DNA of 64,000 nucleotides from Malacoraja senta (lineage: Eukaryota): the NCBI GenBank assembly GCA_038087875.1, contig JAXLNO010000680.1, forward strand, positions 248,001 to 312,000. The letters run 5' to 3'. This document shows positions 14,235 to 26,931 of this stretch, piece by piece. The notes beneath the pieces were generated by a model that worked only from the letters and a program-made list of their open reading frames with translations, was not told the DNA's origin and did not search any database. The position numbers and the translations under genes were made by a program. Every line of letters starts with the position of its first letter. The stretch's first letter is position 1.

Positions 14235-14830
14235 TCAGTTTAGTTTATTGTCACGTGTACCGAGTTACAGCAAAAAGCTTTTGTTGGTTTTGTGCTAACC
14301 AGTTAGTGGAAAGACTATACACATGATTACAATCGAGCCGACCACAGTGTACAGATGCATAATAATGGAATAACATGAATAACGCTCAGCGCAAGGTAAA
14401 GTTAGTACAGTCCGATCAAAGATATGTGTTGGATGGAACTGCAGATGCTGGTTTATACCGAAGATAGACACAAAAAGCTGGAGAACTCAGCGGGACAGGC
14501 AGCATCTCTAGAGAGAAGGAATGGGTGACGTTTCGGGTCGAGCCCCTTCTTCAGACTGACAGGTCTCGACCCGAAAAGTCACCCATTCCTTCTCTCCAGA
14601 CCTGCTGCCTGTCCCGCTGAGTTACTCTAGCTTTTCGTGTCTATCTTCCGATCGAAGATAGTCCGAGGCTCTCCAATGAGGTAGATAGTAGTTCAGGACT
14701 GCTCTCTGGTTGTGGTTAGGATGGTTCAGTTGCCTGATAACAGCTGGGAAGAAACTGTCCCTGAATCTGGAGATGTGCGTTTTCACACTTCTGTACCTCT
14801 TGCCCGATGGGAGAGGGGAGAAGGGATGAA
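14235..14830 (-). mobile_element. Rex1/Babar-like LINE 3' fragment interrupted by an inverted PLE-tail pair (about 14428-14650)
   Basis: SPLPSGKRYRSVKTHISRFRDSFFPAVIRQLN on minus; same family as 18800-19310. Confidence 0.8.
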
Positions 14831-14944
14831 AGGTTTCCTTCAAGATTAGGATGAGTTGAAGGGCTTCCAATTAAAGCAATTAGGGGTGAATAGGTGATCA
14901 TTGGGAGAGGGCTGGGTTTGGATGAGTATTTGCGAGGTTTAAAT

Positions 14945-15760
14945 TTAGTTTAGTTTAAGAGATACAGTGCTGAAACAGGCCCTTCGGCCCACAGAGTCCG
15001 CGCCGACCAGCGATCCCCGCACACTAGCAGTATCCTACACACACTAGGGACAATTTACAATTTTACCGAAGCCAATTAACCTGCAAACCTGCACGTCTTT
15101 GGAGTGTGGGAGGAAACCGGAGCACATAGATACATAGATACATAGAAAATAGGTGCAGGAGTAGGCCATTCGGCCCTTCGAGCCTGCACCGCCATTCAAT
15201 ATGGTCATGGCTGATCATCCAACTCAGTATCCCGTACCTGCCTTCTCTCCATACCCCCTGATCCCTTTAGCCACAAGGGCCACATCTAACTCCCTCTTAA
15301 ATATAGCCAATGAACTGGCCTCAACTACCCTCTGTGGCAGAGAGTTCCAGAGATTCACCACTCTCTGTGTGAAAACGTTTTTTCTCATCTCGGTCTTAAA
15401 GAATTTCCCCCTTATCCTTCAGCTGTGACCCCTTGTCCTGGACTTCCCCAACATCGGGAACAATCTTCCTGCATCTCACCTGTACAACCCCATAAGAATT
15501 TTGTAAGTTTCTATAAGATCCCCTCTCAATCTCCTAAATTCTAGCGAGTATAAGCCAAGTCTATCCAGTCTTTCTTCATATGAAAGTCCTGACATCCCAG
15601 GAATCAGTCTGGTGAACCTTCTCTGCACTCCCTCTATGGCTATAATGTCCTTCCTCCAGCACCCGGAGAAAACTCGGTACAGGCAGCACCCGTAGTCAGG
15701 ATGTAACCCGGGTCTCTGGCGCTGTGAGGCAGCAACTCTACCGCTGCGCCACCATGCCGC
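14945..15760 (-). mobile_element. HE1-like SINE split by a CR1 3' fragment (about 15126-15655)
   Basis: SINE tail half ends at GGAAACCGGAGCAC and resumes at GCACCCGGAGAAAAC; CR1 RKDIIAIEGVQRRFTRLIPG between them. Confidence 0.8.
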
Positions 15761-16064
15761 CCATGTGCAGGAAGGAAATGCAGGTAGACACAAAATGCCG
15801 GAGTAACTCAGCGGGACAGGCAGCATCTCTGGAGAGAACGAATGGGTGACGTTTCGGGTCAAGACCCTTCTTCAGACTGAGAGTCAGGGGAGAGGGAGAC
15901 ACGGAGATATGGAAGAGTGAGGTGAATCACAGAGGGGGTGAGCAGCGAGAGAGGGTGTTGCAGAACTCTCTGAGAGAAGGAGACAACCTTCGTACACATT
16001 TTGTCTGCTCCACTGCGAACTCTCCTCAAGATATGCCGACTTTGAAGAAGTTCTCTCTCCCAGT

Positions 16065-16092
16065 CTGAAGAAGGGTCTCGACCCGAAACGTC
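16065..16092 (+). ncRNA. Minimal type I hammerhead ribozyme core of PLE terminal repeat (representative intact copy)
   Basis: CUGAAGA-A-GGGU(CUCG)ACCC-GAAA-CGUC: hammerhead core boxes, 4-bp stem II, palindromic ACGU in place of stem III, GUC cleavage triplet. Confidence 0.75.
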
Positions 16093-16162
16093 ACCCATTC
16101 CTTCCCTCCAGAGATGCTGCCTGTCCCGCTGAGTTACTCCAGCGTTCTGTGTCCATCGTTAG

Positions 16163-16480
16163 GGGCGACACGGTGGCGCAGCGGTAGAGTTGCTGCATCA
16201 CAGCGCCAGAGACCCGGGGTTCGATCCTGACCAAGGGAGCTGTCTGTACGGAGTTTGTACCTTCTCCCCGTGACTTGTGTGAGGTTTTTCCCCGGGTGCT
16301 CCGGTTTCCTCCCACACTCCAAAGTCGTACAGGTTTGTAGGTTAGATTGGCCTGGTATAATTGTAAAATGTCCCTAGTGTGTGTAGGATGGCGTTAACGT
16401 GCGGGGATCGCTGGGTCGGCGCGGACTCGGTGGACCGAAGGGCCTGTTTCAGCGCTGTATCTCTAAACTAAACTCAACTA
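16163..16480 (+). mobile_element. Full-length HE1-like V-SINE
   Basis: A-box GGTGGCGCAGCGG, B-box GGTTCGATCC, V-domain, CR1-type tail (TAAAC)n. Confidence 0.85.
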
Positions 16481-17214
16481 AATCCTCACAGCTCAAGGAG
16501 TGTTTGTTAAGAGTAGTTCTGCAGGAGAGGATTCGGGTGATAGTCAGTCTCCAAATGGCTCTAACATCGATGACCTTCACCGCAACGAAGTCAGATTCCA
16601 TACCAATGGGCTTACCTCTACCCATCTCCTGGTATCAGCCCAAAACCAAATAATACATCCGGTCTTTCACAAGCTACTGGTGGATAATGGTTTAAACAGA
16701 GAAGAATTAGGAACAATGGCTTTCTATTCTTCTCATACTCCAGCGCTGAATTTAACCATGTTCTCCGTTTACACAGCAATTTAGCACTTACTAAAATACT
16801 GATGTTACGTGGGGAAGGGAAGGGTTGAGATGGGTTGTAATTTTGATTTTGAGGTGCATTCATATCAATGTCCGCGGATATTGAGGGGAAGCCATTGGCT
16901 TAAGGGGTTGTTGGTTTCAGATTGTTAGCCTGCCTGTTGCCGTGGGGCTGGCCGTTCACACTGTGCACTCTGACATGCAGGCTGCTCATTGCTACACAGC
17001 ATCATAATGTATGGCCGATCCACTGAACCCATGCCACCATACAGGCCAGACGACAAGGAGGGCACAGACTGGGGTGGGTATGCTGCCTTCTCTTTCGCCA
17101 GGATGGAGAGCCACTGGGTCTCGGGGCTCATAATCCCAGTTCCAATTATCTCCCCCCTCTTGCCTTCTCTCACCCACCCCCCCCCCCCCCCACCCCCCGT
17201 TCTCCATTCCACTT

Positions 17215-18700
17215 AGAATGGTTCCGCATGGCAGGCTGCTCTGGAAGGTTAGATCGCATGGGATCCAAGGAGAGGTAGCTGAATGGATGGAAAATTGGCT
17301 CCATGGAAGGAAGCAGAGGGTGATGGTGGAAGGTTGCTTCTCGGACTGGACTAGTGGCGTGCCTCAGGGTTGGGTGCGGGGCCCGTTACTGTTTGTCATC
17401 TACACCAATGATTTGGATGAGAACATACAGGGCAAGATTAGCAAGTTTGCAAGGGTTACTTGAAGTTATTCATACTGCTGGGTTTGTAATTAAAGTGGCC
17501 GGTTTTGCAGATAGTGAAGGTGGCTGTGAACGATTGCAGCAGGATCTGGATCGACTGGCCAGGTGGGCTGAGGAATGGTTGATGGAATTTAATACAGAGA
17601 AATGTGTGGTGTTGCATTTTGGGATGTCTAACCAGGGCAGGACTTACACAGTGAATGGTAGGCCTCTGGGTAGTGTTGAGGAGCAGAGGGATCTATGAGT
17701 GCAGGCACATGGTTCCTTGAAGGTCGAGTCGCAGGTACATAAGGTGGTCAAAAAGGCTTTGGCACTTTGGCCTTCATTAGTCAGAGTATTGAGTATAGAT
17801 GTTGGGAGGTCATGTTGCAGTTGTATAAGACGTTGGTGAGACCGCATTTAGAGTATTGTGTTCAGTTCTGGGCACCAGGTTATAGGAAAGACATTGTCAA
17901 GCTTGTAACTGTTCAGAAAATATTTACGAGGATGTTGCCAGGACTAGAGGGTGTGAGCTATAGGGAGAGGTTGAGGAGGCTGGGTCTCTATTCCTTGGAG
18001 TGCAGGAGGATGAGGGGTGATCTTATAGATGTGTACAAAATCATGTGAGGAATAGATCGGGTAGATGCACAGAGTCTCTTACCCAGAGTTGGGGAATCGA
18101 GGACCAGAGGACATAGGTTCAAGGTGAAGGGGAAAAGATTTAATAGGAATCTGAAGGGTAACGTTATCACACAAAGGGTGGTGGGTGTATGGAACAAGCT
18201 GCCAGAGGAGGTAGTTGAGGCTGGGACTATCCCAACGTTTAAGAATGGATGGGACAGGTTTAGAGGGATAGGGGCCAACCGCAGGCAGGTGGGACTAGTA
18301 TAGATGGGACATGTGGGCAATTTGAGCCAAAGGGTCTGTTTCCACGCTGTAAGACTCTATGACTATGATCAAGTGGATGTGGAGAGGAAGTCTCCACTAG
18401 TGGGAGAGTCTATGACAGGGACCATAGCAGAATAAAAGGATGTTCCTTTAGAAAGGAGATGAGGAGGAATTTCTTGAGTCACAGGGTGGTGAATCTGTGG
18501 GATTCTTTGCCACAGAAGGCTGTGGAGGCCACAAGTCAATGGGTATTTTTAAAGTGGAGATTGATAGATTCTTGATTAGTGCGGGTGTCAGGGGTTACGG
18601 GGAGAAGGCGGGAGAGGGAAAGATAGATCAGCCATGATTGAATGGCGGAGTAGACTCGATGGGCCGAATGGTCTAATTCTTCTCCTATGACCCATTAAAC
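17215..18700 (+). mobile_element. CR1 RT pseudogene plus adjacent second CR1 tail
   Basis: VPHGRLLWK...SGVPQG...LVRPHLEYCVQFW with stops and frameshifts. Confidence 0.9.
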
Positions 18701-18799
18701 ATATGGTATGCCTTCTTTCAAGGGCTGTGGCATTGAGTTGTAGAGTCAGGCAGTCATGATGCAGCTTTATAGGACGGCAGTTGTTTGTGAGTTCAGTTC

Positions 18800-19310
18800 A
18801 GTTCAGTTTATTGTCACGTGTACCGAGGTACAGTGAAAAGCTTTTGTTGCGTGCTAACCAGCCAGCGGAAAGACAATACATGATTACAATCGAGCCGTCC
18901 ACAGTGTACAGATACATGATAAGGGGATAACATTTAGTGCAAGGTAAAGGCAGCAAAGTCCGATCAAGGATAGTCTGAGGGTCACCAATGAGGTAGATAG
19001 TAGTTCAGGACTGCTCTCTGGTTGTGGTAGGATGGTTCAGTTGCCTGATAACAGCTGGGAAGAAACTGTCCCTGAATCTGGAGGTGTGCGTTTTCACACT
19101 TCTGTACCTCTTGCCCGATGGGAGAGGGGAGAAGAGGGAGTGGCCGGGGTGAGACTGGTCCTTGATTATGCTGCTGGCCTTGCCGAGGCAGCGTGAGGTG
19201 TGGATGGAGTCAATGGAAGGGAGGTCGGTTTGTGCGATGGTCTGGGCTGCATCCACAATTCTCTGTGATTTTGTGCAGTCTTGGATGGAGCTGTTCCCAA
19301 AGCAAGCTGT
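18800..19310 (-). mobile_element. Rex1/Babar-like LINE 3' fragment
   Basis: LPSIDSIHTSRCLGKASSIIKDQSHPGHSLFSPLPSGKRYRS...FRDSFFPAVIRQLN; (TGAAC)n tail. Confidence 0.85.
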
Positions 19311-19424
19311 GTGTTGTTCAGTAGGGAACCTTTGATCATCAAACACCCGATCCCACCGCTCTCACCTTTGCTGCTCTCTAATTCCTCCTCACACTCTCCC
19401 CTGCTTAATACCCCACTCCGAATT

Positions 19425-20175
19425 TAGACGCAAAACGCTGGAGTAACTCAGCGGGTCAGGCAGCATCTCTGGAGAGAAGGAACGGGTGGTGCTTCGGGTC
19501 CAGACCCTTCTTCAGACTGAGAGTCAGGAGAGAGGGAGACACAGAGATATGGAAGGGTAAGGTGCGAAAACGAGACATCAAAGGGGATGAGGTTCATGGA
19601 AAATGCAGAATAGATTGTTATTGGCTGGGATAAGGTGACAACGAAGCATGCAAAGATAAAGTCAGTGGTGGGAGAACTGGGAAGGGGGAGGGGGTGGAGA
19701 GAGAGGGAAAGCAAGGGCTACTTGAAGTTAGAGAAGTCTACTTGAAGTTAGAGAAGCCCAAGCGAAATATGAGGTGCTGTTCCTCCAATTAGCGCTGGGC
19801 CTCACTCTGATATACTCACTCCGCAGCTTACACCCCAGCGGTATGAAGATTGACTCCTCTAACTTCAAGTAACCCTTGCTTTCCCTCTCTCTCCAACCCT
19901 CCCCATTCCCAGTTCTCCCACCAGTCGGACTGTCCTCCTGATTAGATTTTATCTCTGTTTGCTGTGTTGTCACCTTCTCCCAGCCAACAATGATCTGTTC
20001 TACATTTTCCTTGGACCCCCATCTCTTTTGAGGTTTTGTTTTCACACCTTGCCCTTCCTTATCTCTGTGCCTCCCCCATTCCTTCTCCCCAGAGATGCTG
20101 CCTGTCCCGCTGAGTTGCTCCAGCATTTTGCGTCCATGTTCGGTGTACACCAGCATCTGCAGTTCCTTCCTACAC
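19425..20175. mobile_element. Two PLE 3' fragments in inverted arrangement
   Basis: Minus-strand terminal module at about 19425-19810 fused to a plus-strand copy at about 19820-20175. Confidence 0.75.
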
Positions 20176-20724
20176 ACAAACCACCTCTCTCCCCTCTCTG
20201 CTGCTCCCTCTGCTCCTTGCCTTCCCTCAATCCCAACCCATCCTTCCCCCTCCACCTCTGCCTCCCTCCCCTCCCCTCCCCTCCCCTCGTCCACCCCCTC
20301 CCTTCCTGTCTCCCTCCGGTGAAATAGAAGGCAGCCCACCCTATCTGTCTTGTGTCGGTCCTTTATTATATCTGAGTGGCTCCATCAAAACGCAACTGGG
20401 CGGTCAAACCATTGTCCATGTTCCTGATCCCACCTGACGCAAACCCAGACTTCCTGGGGGGCCATTTTGCCACGCAAATATAATATGCGGAGATATTGTA
20501 GATAGTTCTTCATCTTGCAAGCTGCATCTCTCTCTAGCCAAGGACCCAGCTCCACCCAGTGGCGATGAAGGATCTGAGAATTGGTAACGGATGCTATTCT
20601 TACAATGGGGCTGTTTCTCTGCCGTAGTGTTACCGCCCCCCCCCACACACCAAGATTCTAACTCCACTGATGGGGCTGAGGGGAGATCTACTTTAGTTTA
20701 ATTTAGTTTAGTTTAGTTTAGTTT

Positions 20725-21157
20725 ACTGGGCAGTGGGCGGGTGTTATAGACCTGCACGGGCAGGTAGACGTTCCCGCCCCCACGAGTCTCGGGCAGATGG
20801 GGTTCGTCAGCCTGGGAAGGCGGTCCATCTAGGAGAGGGAAAACTCTGATTTAAAACCTCCGCTGCCTTGTGGCCATATCCAGTCATGGAAAAGGCTCCT
20901 GGAGTAAACCTCAAGAAAATCCGGAGTCGGAGCCCCTAAGGCAGTTCGTCGTTGTCTACAACCTGGCTCTGGCAGCTCCTGCGACGGCGCTGGTGCCAAA
21001 CAGTAACGGCCCTGCTGTTCCTTTGGATCGATCAGCGACGTAGAGAGGGGGGACGTGCTGCATGGGGCAACAGCCTGTCCTCCATATGACATCGCCCAGG
21101 CTTGCATCCGACCAGGATGCATCACCCATGGTCAGTCATGACCGAGGGGGGCCTACT
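20725..21157 (+). mobile_element. About 430-bp non-coding interspersed element resembling an RTE-type 5'UTR-derived element, inserted in a (TTTAG)n tract
   Basis: GGTTCGTCAGCCTGGGAAGGCGGTCCATCTAGGAGAGGGAAAACTCTGA resembles RTE-family 5' ends from memory; flanked on both sides by TTTAG repeats. Confidence 0.45.
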
Positions 21158-21397
21158 TAGTTTAGTTTCATTAAGTTTAGTTTAGTTTAGTTTAGTTTAA
21201 TTTAGTTTAGTTTAATTTAGTTTAGTTTTGAGATACAGCATGGAAACAGGCCCTTCGGCCCACTGAGTCAGGCAGAATCTCCAGAGAAATGGACAGCTGA
21301 CGTTTCGGGTCGGGATCCTTCTTCAGGCTGAGAGTCGGGGGGTAGAGAGACCAGAGGTGTGGAAGGGTAGGTGTGAAAATGACAGATCAAAGCAGAT

Positions 21398-22545
21398 CAA
21401 ACTCAATGCTTGCATTTATTTCAAGAGAGCTTGTACACAAAAATAGGGATGTAATTTGGAATATTGAGAGTAATTTTGGGCCCCGTATCTGAGGAAGGAT
21501 GTGCCGGCTCTGGAGAGGGTCCAGAGGAGATTCACAAGAACGATCCCAGGAATGAGTGGGTTAACCTATGATGAGCGTTTGACGGCACTGGGCCTGTACT
21601 CGCTGGAATTTAGAAGGATGAAGGGGAACCTCATTGAAACATACAGAATAGTGAAAGGCTTGGATAGAGTGGAAAAGAGGTGTTAAAGAAGGAACTGCAG
21701 ATGCTGGAAAATCGAGGGTACACAAAAATGCTGGAGAAACTCCACTAGTGGGAGAGTCTAGGACCAGAGGTCACAGCCTCAGAATTAAAGGACGTTCTTT
21801 TGGGAAGGAGATGAGGAGGAATTTCTTTAATCAGTGGGTGGTGAATGTGTGGAATTCATTGCCACAGACGGCTGTGGAGGCCAAGTCAGTGGGTATTTTT
21901 AAGGCAGAGATAGATAGATTCTTGATTAGTACGGGTGTCAGAGATTAAGGGGAGAAGGCAGGAGAATGGGGTTGGGAGGGAGAGATAGATCAGCCATGAT
22001 TGAATGGCGGAGTAGACTTGATGGGGCAGAAATGGCCTAATTCTGCTCCTATCACTTATGACCTTTTGATCTTCTTCAGACCCGACACCTCCACCTATTC
22101 TTTCTCTCCAGAGATGCTGCCTGCCCCGCTGAGTTACTCCAGCATTTTGTGCCTGTTTAGGGTTTGAAATGTTCAAAGCAGCTCTAGGTCACATGAGTCT
22201 TTCTGCTCCTCCTTGATGAATCCCACCCGATCTCCACCTCCTACTATTGGTTTTGTTTCTCTCATTGCCAATCTCACTGTCCCTTAAACATATCTTCCTA
22301 ATTGATCTCAACTGCACCATGCCATGGTTAGCTCCATATCCTGAGGTGTAAACGTTCCCCACGATTCAAAGGATATTTTTAAGGCAGATATAGGTAGATT
22401 CTTGATCAGTACGGGTGTCAGGGGTTATGGGGAGAAGGCAGGAGAATGGGGTTAGGAGAGAGAGATAGATCAGCCATGATTGAATGGCGGAGTAGGCTTG
22501 ATGGGCCGAATGGCCTAATTCTGCTCAAATCACATATGACCTTAT
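21398..22545 (+). mobile_element. CR1 3' fragments / composite duplicated from 1692-2830
   Basis: ALERVQRRFTRTIPGMSG; same junctions as 2250-2820. Confidence 0.8.
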
Positions 22546-22781
22546 GAAAATGTGGAACCTTTTTGGTGCTTGCTCTTCCGGTGGCAATACGGCAGAGAAT
22601 AGTGGTGGGTGGTGGCAGTGGGACTCCAGAGGGGGTCCTTGTCTCTCTGGAGATGTGCGGGCTGTGCGGGTGCTTCATGCCTCAGGGAGCTGAGACGGTG
22701 CCAGGCCCACGGGCGGCAGGGGGGGGGGGGATTGGGGGGGGGGGGCGACCCACCACTAACCTGCTGTCTGGGCCCGCACAG

Positions 22782-23012
22782 AAAATGGCGGAGACCCTGG
22801 TGCTGAACATCGCGGCCGAGTTCAGCACCCTGCACCAGTTCCTCAACGAGGAGGAGCAGCAGATGAAGGGCAAGCTGAAGGAGGACGTGGAGCGCATCTC
22901 CCAGCAACTGAGGGACAACCTGCGGAAGATCACCGAGAAGCGAGCGTCCATCGAGCACACCATCCTCGAGATCCAGCAGCGGCTGGACGTGCAGGAGACG
23001 GCCTTCCTGGCG
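22782..23012 (+). CDS. TRIM protein coiled-coil exon (231 bp)
   Basis: CTAAC branch and CAG acceptor, GTAAG donor; KMAETLVLNIAAEFSTLHQFLNEEEQQMKGKL...AFLA; 231 bp is the canonical size for this TRIM-B30.2 exon. Confidence 0.92.
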
Positions 23013-23264
23013 GTAAGGTGGCACCCTGGTCACTGCGGTCACCGTAGTCACCGTGGGCACTGCGGTCACCGTGGGCATCGCGAGCACTGCCCGGGCCCGG
23101 TGGGGTAGGGACGGGCCCCCCGCGCCGCCGGCCCGTTGGTTCACAACCTCACCATCCCCTGCACTGTTGACTGGGTCGAGGGACTGGATCTCCTCCCCAC
23201 CCTGCCAACACGCGGGATCCGCTCCCGGGGGATGCTGAGCCAATTGCAGGGGCATCTGGGGGGA

Positions 23265-23744
23265 CCAGTCACTGTGGGATCAATCACTGGGTGATTTAGA
23301 GGACCAATCACTGTTGGATCTGTGGGACCAATCACTTTGGGATCAATCGCTGGGGGACCAATCACTGATGGATCTGTGGGACCAATCACAGTAGGATCCA
23401 TCGCTGGGGGACCAATCACTGATGGATCTGTGGGACCAATCACAGTAGGATCCATCGCTGAGGGACCAATCACTGATGGATCTGTGGGACCAATCACAGT
23501 AGGATCCATCGCTGAGGGACCAATCACTGATGGATCTGTGGGACCAATCACAGTAGGATCCATCGCTGGGGGACCAATCACTGATGGATCTGTGGGACCA
23601 ATCACAGTAGGATCCATCGCTGGGGGACCAATCACTGATGGATCTGTGGGACCAATCACAGTAGGATCCATCGCTGGGGGACCAATCACTGATGGATCTG
23701 TGGGACCAATCACAGTAGGATCCATCGCTGAGGGACCAATCACT
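23265..23744. repeat. 54-bp minisatellite (24+30 bp subunits, each containing GGACCAATCA)
   Basis: About 8 tandem units GGACCAATCACTGATGGATCTGTG-GGACCAATCACAGTAGGATCCATCGCTGGG. Confidence 0.95.
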
Positions 23745-24139
23745 TTTTTAAATTATTTTTTTAAATTATACAAATACTTTTATTCAAAAAATAAAATTAA
23801 ACATACAGAGTATTAACACAATCAAAGACTGCCTATGTTGACTGTTTACAAACAAACGATCATCAAATTAATATATCGCCAACTTTATCAACAAAGCACT
23901 CGACCTCCCGCAGCGACCAGCGTTCACGGAAGGCCTCCAAAGTCCTCATGGCCACCACGTGTTCCCTCTCCAGGGACACGCGGGCACGGGTGTAACCCTG
24001 GAAAAGGGGCAGGCAGTCAACCCAGGTGCGGCCGTCGACTACCCGCTGCCTGGTCCCACGAACGGCCATCTTGGACAGGCCCAGGAGCAGACCACAGAGA
24101 GATCCCCCCCCTCACTACCAACCTTCCCCCCTCTGTACC
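23745..24139 (-). mobile_element. Tx1-like (L1-clade) LINE 3' fragment with poly(A) tail
   Basis: Minus ORF CLPLFQGYTRARVSLEREH...LEAFRERW; T-rich tail at left; possible 13-bp TSD GGGACCAATCACT at 23732-23744 and 24140-24152. Confidence 0.7.
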
Positions 24140-25113
24140 GGGACCAATCACTGTGCGATCAATCGCTGGGGGACCAATCGCTGATGTCACAGTGGGACCA
24201 ATTACTGTGGACCAATCACGGAGGGAATCTTCGTGGGATCCATTCCCAGAGCAGCGTGGGATCTACTCCCTGGCTTTGCTGGGGGGATCCACTCCCAGAG
24301 GGAATTTGTGGACCTGGCACCACTGTGGGATCCACTGGCAAAGAAACGTGGGACGTCCCTGTTGATGTGGGATCTATTCCCAGAGCGACTGACAGGAACC
24401 ACGCCCAGAGAGGTCCGTGGGACCAATCCCTGACGTCACGGTGGTATCCACTCCCTGGGGTTAATATGAGATCATTTCCCTGGGGCCAGCGCGGGGTCTA
24501 CTCTCTGGGGGTCAACGTGGGGTCTACCAGAGAAATGTGGGCTCACTGGAGTCAATGTGGGATCTACTCCCTGCGGTTAATATGGGATCTATCTACAGTT
24601 CAAGTGAGACCTACTCTCGTTAATATGGGATCTATCTACAGTTCAAGTGAGACCTACTCTCGTTAATATGGGATCGACTCTCTGGGGTCAGTAGGGGATC
24701 TACTCCAGTGAATCAACGTGGGATCTAATCTCTGGGGTGAACATGGAATCTCCCTGGGTCAATGTGGGATCAACTATCTGAGGTAATTGTGGGATCTCCT
24801 CTCTGGGGATAATGGGAGATCTGTGGCAGAGTGTATTAGTTTGAGCTATTTGAATCAAGCCGTGTTGTGAAAGCTAAATTCCTTGACACATCCATTTATT
24901 CCCGTCCTAACATTGTATATGTTGACCATTTCCCCCACCGTGCTAGAGCTCCAGCATTAGACCCACCATAAGCTGCCGCTCTCCCAAATAATCCGCAAAA
25001 TTCCCGACACCACCACTGGCCTTCACCCAGATCCTGATCCCTCTATGCTTGCAAACCGCCACCGCTGAATCGATAACTTCCTTCCTTTCTCTTTTCATGC
25101 TTCTCGCTTGAAG

Positions 25114-25136
25114 GATGTTAAATCCCTCATTGAACG
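25114..25136 (+). CDS. TRIM 23-bp micro-exon (DVKSLIER)
   Basis: Pyrimidine tract, AAG acceptor, GTAGGT donor; phase 0 to 2 links the 231-bp and 116-bp exons in frame. Confidence 0.88.
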
Positions 25137-25182
25137 GTAGGTGTTTGTCTTTCAAAGTCCAGCTTTGTGTGGTCACTTAATT

Positions 25183-25748
25183 GGGCGGCACGGTGGCGCA
25201 GCGGTGAAGTTGCCGCCTCACGGGCGCCAGAGACCCGGGTTCGACCCTCACCTCTGTGCGGAGTTTGCACGTTCCCCCCCCCCCCCCGTGACCTGCGTGG
25301 ACTGTCTCCGTGTTCCTCCCACCTTCCTAAGGCGTGCAGGGCTGCAGGTTAATTGGCTGCTGTAAATTGCCCCTAATGGGAACGGGCGATCGCTGGTTTG
25401 GCGTGGACTCAGTGGGCCAAAGGGGCCTGTTTCCACGCTGTATCTCCAAACTGAACTAAATTGATGGATACAGCGTGGAAACGGGCCCCTCGGCTGTCGG
25501 AGTCCGTGCTGACCAGCGATCGCCCGTTCACTCTAGTTCGATCTTATCCCACTTTATCGTCCACTCCCGACACACTAGGGGGCAATTTACAGAAGAAAAT
25601 TAACCTACAAACCCGCACGCCTTTGGGATGTGGGTGGAAACCGGAGGAAACCCACGCAGTCACAGGGAGAAGGTAGAAACTCTGTACAGTCAGCGCCCGT
25701 AGTCAGGATCGCACCCGAGGCAGCAACTCTACCGCTGCGCCACTGTGC
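25183..25748. mobile_element. Two HE1-like SINEs, tail to tail (+ 25183-25460, - 25460-25748)
   Basis: GGCGGCACGGTGGCGCAGCGG head; GGGCCTGTTTCCACGCTGTATC tail on both strands. Confidence 0.8.
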
Positions 25749-25789
25749 CACACAGACTGTATGCTGTGTCATGTAGCTGAGTGTTTGTT

Positions 25790-26395
25790 GGGTCCATTCA
25801 AGGACCCAAGCAGTCGTTCCAGGTGCGACAGAGGTTCACCTGCATCTCCTCCAACCTCATCTATTGCATCCGCTGCTCTAGATGCCAGCTGATCTACATC
25901 GGTGAGACCAAGCGGAGGCTCGGCGATCGTTTCGCCGAACACCTCCGGTCGGTCCGCAATAACCAACCTGAACTCCCGGTGGCTCAGCACTTCAACTCCC
26001 CCTCCCATTCCGTATCTGACCTCTCTGTCCTGGGTCTCCTCCATGGCCACAGCGAGCAACACCGTAAATTGGAGGAAATGCACCTCATATTCCGCTTGGG
26101 CAGTCTACATCCTGGGGGCTTGAACATTGAATTCTCCCAATTCTGCTAGCCCTTGCTGTCCCCTCCCCTTCATCAGCCCTCTGGTTGTCTCCTCCCATCC
26201 CCCAGCCCTCGGGCTCCTCCTCCGCCTTTTTCCTTTTTTCCTTTCTTCTCCCCACCCCCTATCAGTCTGAAGAAGGGTTTCGGCCCGAAACGTTGCCTAT
26301 TTCCTTCGCTCCATAGATGCTGCTGCACCCGCTGAGTTTCTCCAGCATTTTTGTGTACCTTCGATTTTCCAGCATCTGCAGTTCCTTCTTTAACA
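25790..26395 (+). mobile_element. PLE GIY-YIG endonuclease fragment plus hammerhead terminal module
   Basis: FTCISSNLIYCIRCSRCQLIYIGETKRRLGDRFAEH...GLNIEF; CTGAAGAAGGGTTTCGGCCCGAAACGTT at 26267-26294. Confidence 0.92.
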
Positions 26396-26454
26396 CAACT
26401 GTTTGTTGCCAGAGTTTGCTCCACATGTGAGCTGGCCGTTCTGAGCCAAGTCAA

Positions 26455-26748
26455 TCTTAGTTTAGTTCGGAGATACAGCGCGGAAACTGGCCCTTCGGGC
26501 CCACCGCGTCCGCGTCGACCAGCGATCCCCGCACACTAACACTATCCTACACACACATCAGGGACAATTTGCAATTTTAACAAAGCCAAATTAACCTACA
26601 AACCCGCACGTCTTTGGAGTGTGGGAGGAAACCGGAGCACCCGGAGGAAACCCACGCGGGTCACGGGGAGAAGGTAGAAACTCCGTACAGACAGCACCCG
26701 TAGTCAGGATGGAACCCGGGTGTCTGGCGCTGTGAGGCAGCAACTCCA
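26455..26748 (-). mobile_element. HE1-like SINE
   Basis: Reverse complement of the 16163-16480 family. Confidence 0.82.
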
Positions 26749-26815
26749 CAATTCCTATCCTCTAGGAGCGAGATCCTGTTTAACTCTCACTACCGGCCTT
26801 GTGTTCCTTCCATAG

Positions 26816-26931
26816 CTCGTACTTGAAGTTTAAGAAGCCGGCTGAGGTTCCGCTCAATCTGCTGCTGGGAGAGTTTGGCGGGCCGCTCCAACTCATCATC
26901 TGGAAACGCATGCTGAACATTATCAGCCCAG
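26816..26931 (+). CDS. TRIM linker exon (116 bp)
   Basis: TAG acceptor, GTGAG donor; SYLKFKKPAEVPLNLLLGEFGGPLQLIIWKRMLNIISP matches the GP(L/I)QYxxW motif of TRIM62/TRIM69/NF7-like proteins. Confidence 0.9.

Noticed and set aside
23141..23816. Repetitive 200-aa and 164-aa ORFs; CRISPR-like appearance
   Set aside because: 54-bp minisatellite with identical inter-repeat sequence, no unique spacers, eukaryotic context and no cas genes.
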